Virus record (IMG/VR): IMGVR_UViG_3300033996_001106
Location: 1 to 33,814 of that record
DNA from: a virus
Taxonomy: Duplodnaviria; Caudoviricetes
Direction: 5' to 3' (one strand)
Length of the DNA: 33,814 bases
The notes under the pieces are model-generated. The model saw only the letters and a program-made list of their open reading frames with translations. It had not been told where the DNA came from and searched no databases. The position numbers and the translations under genes were made by a program. Position 1 is the first letter of the stretch, and every line of letters begins with the position of its first letter. Positions 7,738 to 17,132 of this stretch are shown here, one piece after another.

Positions 7738-8081
7738 GCGCGGCCCCCGTGGCGAAGGCTGAAGTGGTTGCCGTCGGGGCGCTTGAAGTCTCCGCCCCAT
7801 GCGCAGTCGTCGCCGAGGGTTTTCCAGTAGTCGCCTAAGGGTTTGTACTTAGCCGAGTCGGTCAGGTATTGGCCTAGCTTGAACAGGTTCAGGTCGATGG
7901 CCAGCCGCTCGCAGTGCAGGCTGTTGGCAATGCCGGCGCCGGAGGCCGCGTTGGCCTTGGCCTGTTCTGGCGATCGGTACGCGTCACCGAAGGTGAGCTC
8001 GTAGCCGTTGGCATAGGCAAACTCGATCAGCTTGCCGACCAGGCGCACAAAGCGCCGCTGCTTCTCGCCGAGGGTTTCCAT
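7734..8081 (-). CDS. Endolysin, peptidase M15 family
   Basis: YRS, SLHCERLAIDLN and WGGDFKRPDGNHFS Zn-peptidase motifs. Confidence 0.9.
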   Translation of the reverse strand: METLGEKQRRFVRLVGKLIEFAYANGYELTFGDAYRSPEQAKANAASGAGIANSLHCERLAIDLNLFKLGQYLTDSAKYKPLGDYWKTLGDDCAWGGDFKRPDGNHFSLRHGGRA

Positions 8082-9286
8082 TAGGCGGGCTCCAGCGCAG
8101 CGAGGCGGGCCTCAAGGGCGACGATAGCGGCCTGCTGCTCCTGAATGGCGGCAGCTAGAAAAACGACCAGCTTGCTGTAGTCCACGCCCTGCGGAATTAT
8201 TTTCCCGTCTTCGTCGACCGCGTCTTTCACACCCGTCACCGCGTCGGGCACTACTTCAGCCAGTTCGTGCGCGATGAAGCCTTGACTGCGTTCGCCGTTG
8301 ATCCGCCAGTCGTAAGTCACCGGCCGCAGCTTGGCGACCGTTTCCAACGCGCTTGCAAAGGGCTGCACGTTGGTTTTCAGGCGGTAGTCGGACGACGTAT
8401 CGAACGAGGTGGCGGCAGCCGAAACCGTGATGCCACCCACCTGCACGCCTTTGCCGAAGAACGTGGCGACTCCGCCGAAGGTGGTAGTGCGGTTGAGCTC
8501 GAGCGTGGCAAGGCTGGAGGCTGAAGAGCGAATTAAGCCGTTCTGCAGGACCGCAGTGCCGTCTAGCGTTGTGTTGCCCGACGTTAGCGACGTGCTGGTG
8601 GTGCCCCATAGCAAATTGCCGGCGGAAGAAAACCTGCCAATTTCGCTGATGCTGCTGCTGCCGGGCGTTTTGCAGGTGTAGAACTGCAAGGCGCTTTGCA
8701 GGTTTGGCGCGGTAGTAAAAGCGGCTTCGGCCACACAGCGAATGCTGGCGCTTTGCGAATAGCTGCTGCCCGTATAGCCGAAAAACTGCCATTCGCCGAG
8801 GATGTCGCTGGTGGCCAATGCAGTGGGCGCGGCCAGCGTCCCTCTGGACCGGTTCATCTGCAGCTGCGGCCGTGTATTGGTTGTGTTGCACGACTTCAGC
8901 GAGTAGACACACGCAAACTGATCTGCCGTCGAAGTCAACGCCGCAGACCCGGTGGTGGTCATCGTGGCGGCGGTCATCGTGGCGGCGGCCATGGTGGTGA
9001 ACGAACCCGCCGCCGGCGTCGTCGCCCCAATCGCCGGCGGGCTGGCGAAGTTCTGCAGCGTCGCCATGTCGGTGGTGGCGGTACCCAGGGCCGCGTTGGT
9101 GAGTTTGAACCCGCCCATGTTCAGGTTCGCAGTAGGAACCGCCTGCCCGTCAATGCACAAACTTTGCGTCAGCGCACTGGCAAGGTCGTTGGTCAGCGTG
9201 TTGAATACGGAGGCGCTGATGGTAGCGCCGCTAACCACCGGCTGGCCGGCGGGCAGGGAATAAGTTCCTAATCCATTGCGTGGCAT
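8081..9286 (-). CDS. Tail fibre with C-terminal peptidase S74 intramolecular chaperone
   Basis: MPRNGLGTYSLP anchor-type N-terminus; T/S/A/G-rich body; SDYRLK...GFIAHEL...VDYSKL plus terminal coiled coil. Confidence 0.88.
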   Translation of the reverse strand: MPRNGLGTYSLPAGQPVVSGATISASVFNTLTNDLASALTQSLCIDGQAVPTANLNMGGFKLTNAALGTATTDMATLQNFASPPAIGATTPAAGSFTTMAAATMTAATMTTTGSAALTSTADQFACVYSLKSCNTTNTRPQLQMNRSRGTLAAPTALATSDILGEWQFFGYTGSSYSQSASIRCVAEAAFTTAPNLQSALQFYTCKTPGSSSISEIGRFSSAGNLLWGTTSTSLTSGNTTLDGTAVLQNGLIRSSASSLATLELNRTTTFGGVATFFGKGVQVGGITVSAAATSFDTSSDYRLKTNVQPFASALETVAKLRPVTYDWRINGERSQGFIAHELAEVVPDAVTGVKDAVDEDGKIIPQGVDYSKLVVFLAAAIQEQQAAIVALEARLAALEPA

Positions 9287-9306
9287 GGCGATGATTCCTG
9301 TGCTAC

Positions 9307-9335
9307 AAAAACAAAAAAGCCCGCAGGATGCGGGC
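9307..9335 (-). terminator. Intrinsic terminator after the ejection genes
   Basis: Minus strand GCCCGCA-TCC-TGCGGGC followed by TTTTTTGTTTTT. Confidence 0.75.
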
Positions 9336-9345
9336 GGGAGACGTT

Positions 9346-9492
9346 ATGAAAAGCTGGCAGTGGGCTTTGCTGTTGAAGCCGTTCCTGATGTTTGCGTACA
9401 TGTACGCCGTGGCCTGTCTCGGCCGCCTAATTCTTCACTTTGTGCCCGAAGGCAAGGTCAAACGACTACTGTCCCGCCGCTTGCGCACCTGA
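9346..9492 (+). CDS. 48-aa membrane protein antisense to the late operon (not in the ORF track)
   Basis: MKSWQWALLLKPFLMFAYMYAVACLGRLILHFVPEGKVKRLLSRRLRT; GGGAG RBS at 9336-9340; candidate promoter TGGCAT-17bp-TACAAA at 9281-9309. Confidence 0.7.
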   Translation: MKSWQWALLLKPFLMFAYMYAVACLGRLILHFVPEGKVKRLLSRRLRT

Positions 9493-11283
9493 TGCGATAG
9501 ACCCCGTGGTAAGCGCTCGCTGGTAAAGGTTTTGGATCAGCGCCTGCCGCTGGCTTGGTGTTACGCCTTGCAGCACTTGCGCGGCGTCTTGGGGATTTAG
9601 CAAGGCTTGCGCAAGACGTCTTTGCACTGCTGCCTCAGCCGGTTGTGCCACCAGCGACAATGGGCGCGCCAGAGTTTGCGCAAACGCGCTAGACACAAAC
9701 CCGTCGCCCAGCCCAAGCGGCCCGGAGATGGACTGCAGAATGTTTCGGCCTGCCAAATTCTGCGCAGTGTCGCTGCCTCTCGCCGCTGACAGGTCGCCCG
9801 TGGCCGCGCGCCGCGCCAAGTAATCACGCACGGCGTTTATGGTGTCCATTTGAGCCGGCTCCATAATGTTGTCCATGGTCGCCGCAGGAAAGCCGGTAGC
9901 GTCGGCCGCCGTGGCGTCGGCATTGCGTAATGCTCTGGCGAACGCTTCTCCTCGAGCTCGAGCCAGCGTCACGTCTCCGGCGTCGGCCAAGGCTGGGGTC
10001 AGCGTTTCATACAGGTTTTGGCCAATATCCATTTGTCCAATAGGTCGGCTGCCGGCTGCATAGGCTTGCCGCCCTTGCGCGTATTCCGGGATCCTCGTCT
10101 CGATCCAGTTCAGCAAGTCGTCGCGCGCACTGCGCACCGCGTTAGCATTTGCCCCCACAATGCCGCGCTGCGGGCCAGACGACAGCGACGCATCAAGCGC
10201 CATTTTGACTTGGTGAAGCGTGTCTCCGCTGATGTTGCCGAACTGCTCAGGGATGTCTCTAAAACCATTCAGGCCGTCAAGCACGCGCCTCGCGGGCGTG
10301 TAGAAATTGGTCGCGATAGGCATGCCTGAGTTGGCTGCGTTTTGTTGCGCTTGCTGGAAAGCTGCCCGCACTTCTGGGCGTTGCATTAGGCGCACCAGCT
10401 CAGGGTCTGCAGGAACGGTGGTTGCTCTGGCGGTTTGATATGCCGCGCCAGAGGCGGCGTCGCGAGCGGCAACTGCGGCGTTTCGCTGCGCTTGGTCACC
10501 CGCAATTTGTCCAATAGCGTCGCGCGACGCCAACACGTTCTGCACGTCTCGTGCTTTTAGTTGCCCGCCAATTTGCGGATCGGCGGCACCGGCTGCTTTC
10601 TCAAGCATGGCCAGTCCCGGATCTTGAGTGGCTTCGGCCAAGGTATACCGAACGCCAGGAACAACCTCGGTGGCTGTTCTGGTAATTGCGTTAGGGTCTG
10701 TCGCAAATCGGCGGAGGGCGTCAGCTACAATTCTTTGGCGACCACTTTCGTAAAAGGGGGCCGCCAAACTTCCTACAACGCGCGGCAACATGTTACCCAC
10801 TACCTGCCCTGCGCCGCCCAACACGCCGCCGGCGATGATATTGCCGGCCGTGCTTTCGTCGCTGGCTGTCGGCTGTAAGCCGCCTTGCAGCGCGCCTAAC
10901 GCCATTGAGCCGGCCACGGTGTTGGCGCCCGGCACCAGCAGCAGCGGCGCGGCTTGCGACACCGTGCCGGTGAGGTTCCCGGCAAAGCCAGCGCCCGTCT
11001 TTAACAGCGGCGCGTCAAGGCGCTTGGCGTCGTCAATGCGCGATTGCAGTTCTTTGCCGCCGTCGAAGATCTGCGCAATCCCGCGCCCGGTGTCGACGAC
11101 CGACTTTTGCATGCCGGCCCAAAACTTCTCGAGCCCGCTCATGCCTTCGGTGGGGTCTCCGGCCGGGAAGAAGTCCTCATAGCGGGCAAGGCCGGCGTTC
11201 ACTGCCTTGCGCATGATTTCCGTTTTGGAGACGCCGTCGGGGACGTCTGACAGCACGGTGCCGTTTGGAAGCTCAATGTTCAT
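9466..11283 (-). CDS. DNA ejection (internal virion) protein, large
   Basis: ATG 11283 (TAATG coupling); A/G-rich with hydrophobic segments; third gene of the cluster at the P22 gene 7-20-16 position. Confidence 0.7.
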   Translation of the reverse strand: MNIELPNGTVLSDVPDGVSKTEIMRKAVNAGLARYEDFFPAGDPTEGMSGLEKFWAGMQKSVVDTGRGIAQIFDGGKELQSRIDDAKRLDAPLLKTGAGFAGNLTGTVSQAAPLLLVPGANTVAGSMALGALQGGLQPTASDESTAGNIIAGGVLGGAGQVVGNMLPRVVGSLAAPFYESGRQRIVADALRRFATDPNAITRTATEVVPGVRYTLAEATQDPGLAMLEKAAGAADPQIGGQLKARDVQNVLASRDAIGQIAGDQAQRNAAVAARDAASGAAYQTARATTVPADPELVRLMQRPEVRAAFQQAQQNAANSGMPIATNFYTPARRVLDGLNGFRDIPEQFGNISGDTLHQVKMALDASLSSGPQRGIVGANANAVRSARDDLLNWIETRIPEYAQGRQAYAAGSRPIGQMDIGQNLYETLTPALADAGDVTLARARGEAFARALRNADATAADATGFPAATMDNIMEPAQMDTINAVRDYLARRAATGDLSAARGSDTAQNLAGRNILQSISGPLGLGDGFVSSAFAQTLARPLSLVAQPAEAAVQRRLAQALLNPQDAAQVLQGVTPSQRQALIQNLYQRALTTGSIASGAQAAGQ

Positions 11284-12866
11284 TAGAGTTCGCTCCACTT
11301 ACGGTTTTTTTGGCCTCCGCCGGCGCCGGTAACCGACGACTCGTAAGCGGCTGGGCCGGCTTCTTTGCGCATGGCTTCCATGACTAATTGACGGGCAATG
11401 GCTTTCTGCTTAACGACTTCCGGCCCTTCGCCGGGCTGTGGAAAATAAGTCCTTTCCTGCCCTGCCCGTTCCGGATCACTGATAGACGCACCTGATTCTT
11501 TGCGCAACACCGCTCTGATCCAGTCTTCTTTCGCCTGATCATATTTTTGTTGTTCTGGGGTTTGCGAAGCCCGGCGTGCCGAGTCACCAACTTTTGGCAC
11601 GGCACCCGCAATTTGTGTTGTGTAGGTTTCGACCCCAGCCGGGTTTGTGGTGAAAATTCCTTCCGCGTTTTCCATGCGCGCAGCGAAGCCTGCCGCTTTT
11701 GACTGATTTTCGTTTGGCGCTTTCGTCGGCGCGGAAAGCTGCGTCACGGTCGGCTGACTGCCCGGCGTGCGCACGTTAGGGAAGTTAGGCTGCAAGTCGG
11801 GGCGCGCAGCGGGTGACGCAGGCGGCGCGGAGTTTTGCGGAGCAGCTGCGGGGGGCGGTGTCGGCGCGTTGGGAAGCGGCGGGGGGTTTATCAAGCTGAG
11901 CCCGCCTTCCACAGTGCCCACGACTTTAGGCTCATTTAACACACGAATGGCAAGCTGAAGGGCCATGTTTTCCTCAGGGCTCAACGTCTCGCCTCGCTGT
12001 TGCTTCAGAGTCAACCGCATGTAAGTGTTGTTGACTTGGGCTTCCATGCTCGTACCGGCAAACCCGCCGTTTCCGCCAGCGGCGAGAGCGGCTGCGTTTG
12101 CAGTCATGTTCTGCCCGCGTTGCTGGTCTGCACTGCCAATGTCTTGGCCTCTACGTGCTGTTTCCGCGCTCATGTTTTGCCCGCGAACAGTGACGCCGGC
12201 GCTCAGCTGCCCGTCTGGCGAGACGCCTTTAGGCAGGCTTGTAACTAAAGTCTGAGCGCCGCTTACAGGGTCGACCGCGTACACGTTCACCTCGTTGCCG
12301 GCGTCAACTTTCACAATTTCCTTGTTGGGCTCGACGCCCATCAAGCGCTCGACGACCTTGGGTGGAGGCGTAATCCCCAAGGCGTTGAACAGCATTATTG
12401 ACTGGAGCGACGGCCCAACGCTGCCCGCCGCAGCCCCCGGCGCCGCCGCCTTGCGCGAGTCAAAGCTAGGCGCAGTCACCGACCCGTCGACAATAGGCGC
12501 GGTGGTGGCAGTGCCGGGCTGCGTTACGGCGGTCGCGCTGCTGGACTGGCTGGCGGGGGCGTAAGACACGCCGCCCAGTCGCTCGGCCAGCTGCTGCGCC
12601 ACTGCGGCCTGCTTGCCGTCGATCTTGCGCTGCATGTAGCCGGCCATGAGCGCCTGGCCTAGCTGTGAAAAACGACTTGCGCTTGAGTTCGGAATGGCCC
12701 AACCGCTGACGACCTGCGTCTGGTTGTTGTTCTCCAACGACTGCTGGCGCAACAGGTCGGCAATGGCCTGCTGTCGCTGAATTTCGCGCTGCTGCTGGGC
12801 GACTTCCGGCGCGAGGTAGTCGATGCCGGAGAACCCGGCCGCGCCGCCTGTGAATGGGTTTGCCAT
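11283..12866 (-). CDS. DNA ejection (internal virion) protein
   Basis: ATG 12866 after GAGGA; Q/A/P-rich; RGQ(N/D) 11-aa repeats; synteny. Confidence 0.7.
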   Translation of the reverse strand: MANPFTGGAAGFSGIDYLAPEVAQQQREIQRQQAIADLLRQQSLENNNQTQVVSGWAIPNSSASRFSQLGQALMAGYMQRKIDGKQAAVAQQLAERLGGVSYAPASQSSSATAVTQPGTATTAPIVDGSVTAPSFDSRKAAAPGAAAGSVGPSLQSIMLFNALGITPPPKVVERLMGVEPNKEIVKVDAGNEVNVYAVDPVSGAQTLVTSLPKGVSPDGQLSAGVTVRGQNMSAETARRGQDIGSADQQRGQNMTANAAALAAGGNGGFAGTSMEAQVNNTYMRLTLKQQRGETLSPEENMALQLAIRVLNEPKVVGTVEGGLSLINPPPLPNAPTPPPAAAPQNSAPPASPAARPDLQPNFPNVRTPGSQPTVTQLSAPTKAPNENQSKAAGFAARMENAEGIFTTNPAGVETYTTQIAGAVPKVGDSARRASQTPEQQKYDQAKEDWIRAVLRKESGASISDPERAGQERTYFPQPGEGPEVVKQKAIARQLVMEAMRKEAGPAAYESSVTGAGGGQKNRKWSEL

Positions 12867-12867
12867 G

Positions 12868-13905
12868 TCAGATCCTCGCGTAGTCAACCATGAGGTAACC
12901 GTCGGGCCGCGTCATCACAGCGTCCGGCATGACCTCGAGGACGTCCTGCGCCATGACGCCCACGCGCGGCGACTCGTTTTCGTTGTCCCAGAGGTAACGG
13001 AACAGGTAAAGCGGCAAGCCGGAATCGGTTTTGCCAATTTCCTGCACGTCCTTTTTGAGGCGGCGGTCGGAGAATCTGCCCGCCGCCCAGCCGCCGGCGG
13101 CACCGGCCGCCGCGCTTTTGCCAATGTCGAGCGCTGCGCCACCAATAGGGCCGAACCAGCCGCCGTCGGCGTTGTACTGCGCCACCTGCGAGTTGTAGAG
13201 GTTCTGCGCATAGTCGGAACCCGCCTTGGTCGCGCCCAGAATGTCGGGACCGGCGATGTATTGCTGCTGCGGCACGGGCGCAAAGTTGGGCGCAGTAGGC
13301 GACGACTGTTGGCGCGCAGCGCCCAGCAGGTTCATGTAGTGATCCTGCATCTTCTGGCCGGCCTCGAGGCCGTACAGGCCGGCTTGGCGGTACAGGTCGT
13401 TTTCCTGCTGGCCCTGAATTCTCATGGCGTTGTTGTACGCCTCGCTGCCTTGCATGATCCCCTGGTTGGCCAGCTGCGCCTGCAGCGCCTGCCGGTCTTG
13501 GTTGATCTGCGGCTGATAGCGAGCCATCAGCGCGTTTTGGCCGACCTTGCCGGCGTCACCGGTGAGGCTGCCGCCAAACCGTTTGAGGTACGTCCCGAGC
13601 TGCCCGGCAATTTGGCTTGAGATTTGGTTCTGGCGGTTTAACAGGCCCTGCTGCGCGCTGCTGTAATTGAGGTTCTGGACCCAGTTGCCGTTCTTGTCCT
13701 TGGTGTAGGTGATGCTACCGAACGGCGTGTTCTGGGTGATCCGGTTGTTTTGCAGCGCCTCGAGGGAATTGGCGCGGTTACCGGCAGCGGTTTCCTTGGC
13801 GGCGGCCAGAAAGTCCGGCGCGGGCGGCGCTTCCGGGCTGTCTTTCGCCCACATGCCAAGGCGACGGCCGCGTCGCGTGATCAGGCCTAACAATTCACTG
13901 CGCAT
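12868..13905 (-). CDS. Ejection protein (gp7 position) with C-terminal S74 chaperone domain
   Basis: Q/N/A-rich helical body, Gly/Ala hydrophobic stretch, then FSDRRLKKDV...GVMAQDV...PDAV...VDYARI; alternative start at 13854. Confidence 0.75.
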   Translation of the reverse strand: MRSELLGLITRRGRRLGMWAKDSPEAPPAPDFLAAAKETAAGNRANSLEALQNNRITQNTPFGSITYTKDKNGNWVQNLNYSSAQQGLLNRQNQISSQIAGQLGTYLKRFGGSLTGDAGKVGQNALMARYQPQINQDRQALQAQLANQGIMQGSEAYNNAMRIQGQQENDLYRQAGLYGLEAGQKMQDHYMNLLGAARQQSSPTAPNFAPVPQQQYIAGPDILGATKAGSDYAQNLYNSQVAQYNADGGWFGPIGGAALDIGKSAAAGAAGGWAAGRFSDRRLKKDVQEIGKTDSGLPLYLFRYLWDNENESPRVGVMAQDVLEVMPDAVMTRPDGYLMVDYARI

Positions 13906-14308
13906 GGTTTTTCTCCAGCCATCTGCAATCGTGTTTCCACATGACGTACACCAGCAAATCGCCAGTCGGGTGCGCGCCAGTGAGTTTTGTTTCTAACGTG
14001 AAGCCGAGGTGCTCATCGAACCGACGGGCCGCGGCGTTGCCTTCCCCCACCAGCCCGGTGATCCGTTGCACCCCAAGCTGCCGGAACGGGTAGTCGAAAA
14101 TTGCCCACAGAAAGTCGCGGGTCAGCCAGTGGCGGCCACTGCTGGCAATGTGGGCGTTGATGTTCACGCCGTTGAACTCGTTATAAGCGACGCCCGCCAC
14201 CAGCTCGCCATTGCGCGCCCAGCCAATGCCGACGGCTGCGCCAAAGTTCCCGAACTCGTTAGTGCGCGTCGCGACCCACTGAACAACTTCAGGGCCAACG
14301 ACCAGCAC
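13895..14308 (-). CDS. GNAT-fold virion morphogenesis protein (P22 gp14/T7 gp13 position)
   Basis: FDYPFRQLGVQRITGLV...NAAARRFDEHLGFTLE GNAT motif B. Confidence 0.8.
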   Translation of the reverse strand: MLVVGPEVVQWVATRTNEFGNFGAAVGIGWARNGELVAGVAYNEFNGVNINAHIASSGRHWLTRDFLWAIFDYPFRQLGVQRITGLVGEGNAAARRFDEHLGFTLETKLTGAHPTGDLLVYVMWKHDCRWLEKNHAQ

Positions 14309-16086
14309 TAAATGACGCCCCCGGCCTCGACGACGTAGTCGGTCGAGATCCAGCTGAGCGGGCTGACGCTAATGGTGCCGACCATGTGCGCGGCGAAGCA
14401 GTAACCCATGGCGAACGCGGTTTGCCAGTCGCGCTTGATGGCGGGGTCGCCGGTCCAGACGCCGGCGTCCCACGTCGCCGTATCCCACACGGAAGCCGTG
14501 TTTTGCGTGAAGCTCGGGATACCAGTGGGCGTGCTGGTGTCGAAATCGGCGTTCACGCCCAGCAGCACGTTGGGCCTGCCGTCGGCCAGCAGCAGCGGGC
14601 GCAGCATTTTCACCTGCTTCAACTGCGAGGGGTTGCCGGCGTAGTTGAAGGACTGCAAGCCCTCAAAACTGATGGGCTGGCCGTTGTCCTGGTTGCCGGT
14701 CCACGCCAGCGCGACGCTGGTGCCGGTCGCGAAATAAATCGCGCCTTGGTGTCGTTCCCAGCACGCGGCGTTCCAGTTTTTGAACTGGCTCCACGCGCCC
14801 GAAATGGTGTTCATGACCAGCTGGTAGCTGACCGTGTTACTGGTCGGCACGTTCACCAGCAACATGTTTTCTTCGGGATACAGCAGGATCTGCCAGCCCG
14901 AATTCGCGCCATAGAGCGTGGTGTAGTCCGACATGGTTTGTTGAATGTTGTCGGTCAACATCATGCGGTCGGTGACGGCCGAGGAGATGAGCGCTTTGGT
15001 GAGCGGGGCCAGGCCTTCCTTGGTGATGCACAGCAGGTCGCCGCCGTATTTCTGGAAGCAGTTGCGGCCAATCGGCGCGCTGAGCTGGTAGAGGCCCACC
15101 AGCGACCATGTAGCGGGCAATGCCGGGTCGGTGCCGCGATAGACCGCCACCTGCCCCTCGGACGTAATCCAGACCGCGTAATCGTCCAGACCGTAGCCGC
15201 CGTCCACGGTCCATGTGTCCATGGCCACCAAGTAGCCGCCGCGCGTAAACAGCGATTGGAAATTGAGCGCCTGCGCTGCGCCGCCGATGCTGTTCACCGG
15301 CAGGTAGTACGCGGTGAGGCTGTTGTTGGCGATAAAGAACAGCCGGTTTTTGTGCGCATTCACATGCGTGAAGGTGCTGGGTAAGACGCCGGTGATGGCG
15401 GCATTAATGTTGGGCGTCACCACTGGGGCGCCGGTTGCCGGGCTCGCGCTGGGCACGCTAAGGGCGATGTAGGTGAACGTGTTGGCGCCGGTTCGCACAA
15501 TCACAAACGTGCCGTTGTAGGCGGTCTCAGTGGCGCCTGTGATGGTGACCGCCATGCCGGTCTGCAGGTTGTGCGCGCCGCTCATGGTGACGGTGCAGGC
15601 GGTGCCAACGCTGGTGATCGAGGTGACCGTCACGCTGAACGCGGCGCTGAAGATATTGCCCCAGCTGGTGCCATTCCAAACGATAGGCAGGTCGGCGCCG
15701 TTCACCGCCACCAAGAAATGGCCGCCCGGCGTGCCGAAGACCACTTTGCGGAACGAGTCGTTCGACAGGTGCGTGAGTGACGGCGCAGGCGCCGCGCCCG
15801 CAGTGCTGACGTCGTAAATGTTCGCGCCCGCAGCGGCGAACAGGCGCGCCCCGCCGCTGGCCGGCGAATAACTCATGAGCGTGCGCGCGGTGCTGGCAAG
15901 GCTGGTGACGTGGCTCGAGTAGCCTGGCCGCACGCGTACCGAGTACGGCAGGCAAAAGAAGTTGTCGAGGATCACCGCCTCGTTGGGTTTCTGCTGCGCC
16001 AAGGCGTCGCGGGTATTCCAGCCGCCGGTGGGCGCGGGCACCGAGACCGTGCGCGAGATCTGCGCGCGTTGGGCCGCTTGGCGCAT
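14308..16086 (-). CDS. Tail hub / packaged DNA stabilization protein (P22 gp10-like)
   Basis: ATG 16086 (TAATG); PAPTGGWNTRDAL start; beta-rich; follows the adaptor gene. Confidence 0.78.
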   Translation of the reverse strand: MRQAAQRAQISRTVSVPAPTGGWNTRDALAQQKPNEAVILDNFFCLPYSVRVRPGYSSHVTSLASTARTLMSYSPASGGARLFAAAGANIYDVSTAGAAPAPSLTHLSNDSFRKVVFGTPGGHFLVAVNGADLPIVWNGTSWGNIFSAAFSVTVTSITSVGTACTVTMSGAHNLQTGMAVTITGATETAYNGTFVIVRTGANTFTYIALSVPSASPATGAPVVTPNINAAITGVLPSTFTHVNAHKNRLFFIANNSLTAYYLPVNSIGGAAQALNFQSLFTRGGYLVAMDTWTVDGGYGLDDYAVWITSEGQVAVYRGTDPALPATWSLVGLYQLSAPIGRNCFQKYGGDLLCITKEGLAPLTKALISSAVTDRMMLTDNIQQTMSDYTTLYGANSGWQILLYPEENMLLVNVPTSNTVSYQLVMNTISGAWSQFKNWNAACWERHQGAIYFATGTSVALAWTGNQDNGQPISFEGLQSFNYAGNPSQLKQVKMLRPLLLADGRPNVLLGVNADFDTSTPTGIPSFTQNTASVWDTATWDAGVWTGDPAIKRDWQTAFAMGYCFAAHMVGTISVSPLSWISTDYVVEAGGVI

Positions 16087-16826
16087 TAGTTCCAGCTTCC
16101 AGCCGGCACAATGACCACCGGCGGCACGTCGTACTTGGCGCCGGTCATGGTGAGCGTGGGCTTGGCCCCGTCGCGGTTCATGACGTCGAGCAGGCGGGCT
16201 TCGTACTTGCGGAAGTCTTCTGCGTACTGCAGGCCCTTCGCCGCTTTCCAGCGCCACACCGTGCCGAGAATGACGAGCTGCTCGTCGAGCACGGTGGTGT
16301 CGAGGTCAGACGTCCACGTCGAAGATCCCACGCCAAGGTTGGTGGTGATCCAAGCGTTTGAAATGTACTCGAACGCGCACGTCTGCCCGGCCGCTGGTAC
16401 CGGATAAAAATTGATCGCGCCAGAGATAATGCGGAACCGGTTGAACGGCCCGTTGATCTGCATGGCCTGCGACTGTTGCCAGTCCTGCTGGGAATCCGGG
16501 CCATACACCGGCCGGCGCAGCGAGCGGTTCCAAATGGTGTTGTTGACGATCCATTCAAACCCGGTGGTGATGGCCGCCAGCGTCGTTTGCAGTTGGGCGG
16601 CCACCGTGGTGAACGTGGCTTCCTGCTGCAGGGCCTGCCACGAATAGCGCGACAGCTGCTCGCGGCCTTCCTCGAGGCTGAGCTCGAGCAGCTGGATCAC
16701 CTGCGGATCTGTGCTGGTGACCACCGCGTTCGGCGCCAGAATGCCAATGCGCCGGCACACCGACTGAATGAGTTGCAGCAGCGTGAGGCTGCCGCTGGCA
16801 CTGGTCGCGGGGACTACGATTGTCAC
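16086..16826 (-). CDS. Head-tail adaptor (gp4 / tail tubular A-like)
   Basis: LTLLQLIQSVCRRIG, YSWQAL, FYPVP and WRWKAAKGLQYAEDF; synteny. Confidence 0.75.
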   Translation of the reverse strand: MTIVVPATSASGSLTLLQLIQSVCRRIGILAPNAVVTSTDPQVIQLLELSLEEGREQLSRYSWQALQQEATFTTVAAQLQTTLAAITTGFEWIVNNTIWNRSLRRPVYGPDSQQDWQQSQAMQINGPFNRFRIISGAINFYPVPAAGQTCAFEYISNAWITTNLGVGSSTWTSDLDTTVLDEQLVILGTVWRWKAAKGLQYAEDFRKYEARLLDVMNRDGAKPTLTMTGAKYDVPPVVIVPAGSWN

Positions 16827-16829
16827 TGT

Positions 16830-17132
16830 TTAGATCACCTTGAATTGCGCAATGACCATCACTGCCACCACCGGCAGCGTCAGGTTCCAAAACCACGAAT
16901 GAAAGTTCCACACGCGAGGATCTGCCCAACCCCACCAGGGCAGGTTGGCGCGGCGTCCTTTGCCGTAGTGTTCAATCCACTTGTATTCGGCCTGCGCGTG
17001 TTCGCGGCCAATGAATACGCCAGCGCCCAGCGCAGCGCCGGCCCACCAGTCGCCGGTGGCAAAGCCCCACACGGATTGCAACGCAAGGGCAATCAGCAAG
17101 TGTTCAAGTTCAAACAGCAGCCGAGACATCAT
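16830..17132 (-). CDS. Trp-rich hypothetical membrane protein
   Basis: About three hydrophobic segments around GREHAQAEYKWI. Confidence 0.7.
   Translation of the reverse strand: MMSRLLFELEHLLIALALQSVWGFATGDWWAGAALGAGVFIGREHAQAEYKWIEHYGKGRRANLPWWGWADPRVWNFHSWFWNLTLPVVAVMVIAQFKVI

Noticed and set aside
8954-8999. 15-bp tandem repeat in the tail fibre (TMAAA/TMTAA)
   Set aside because: Short in-frame low-complexity linker with no evidence of programmed variation
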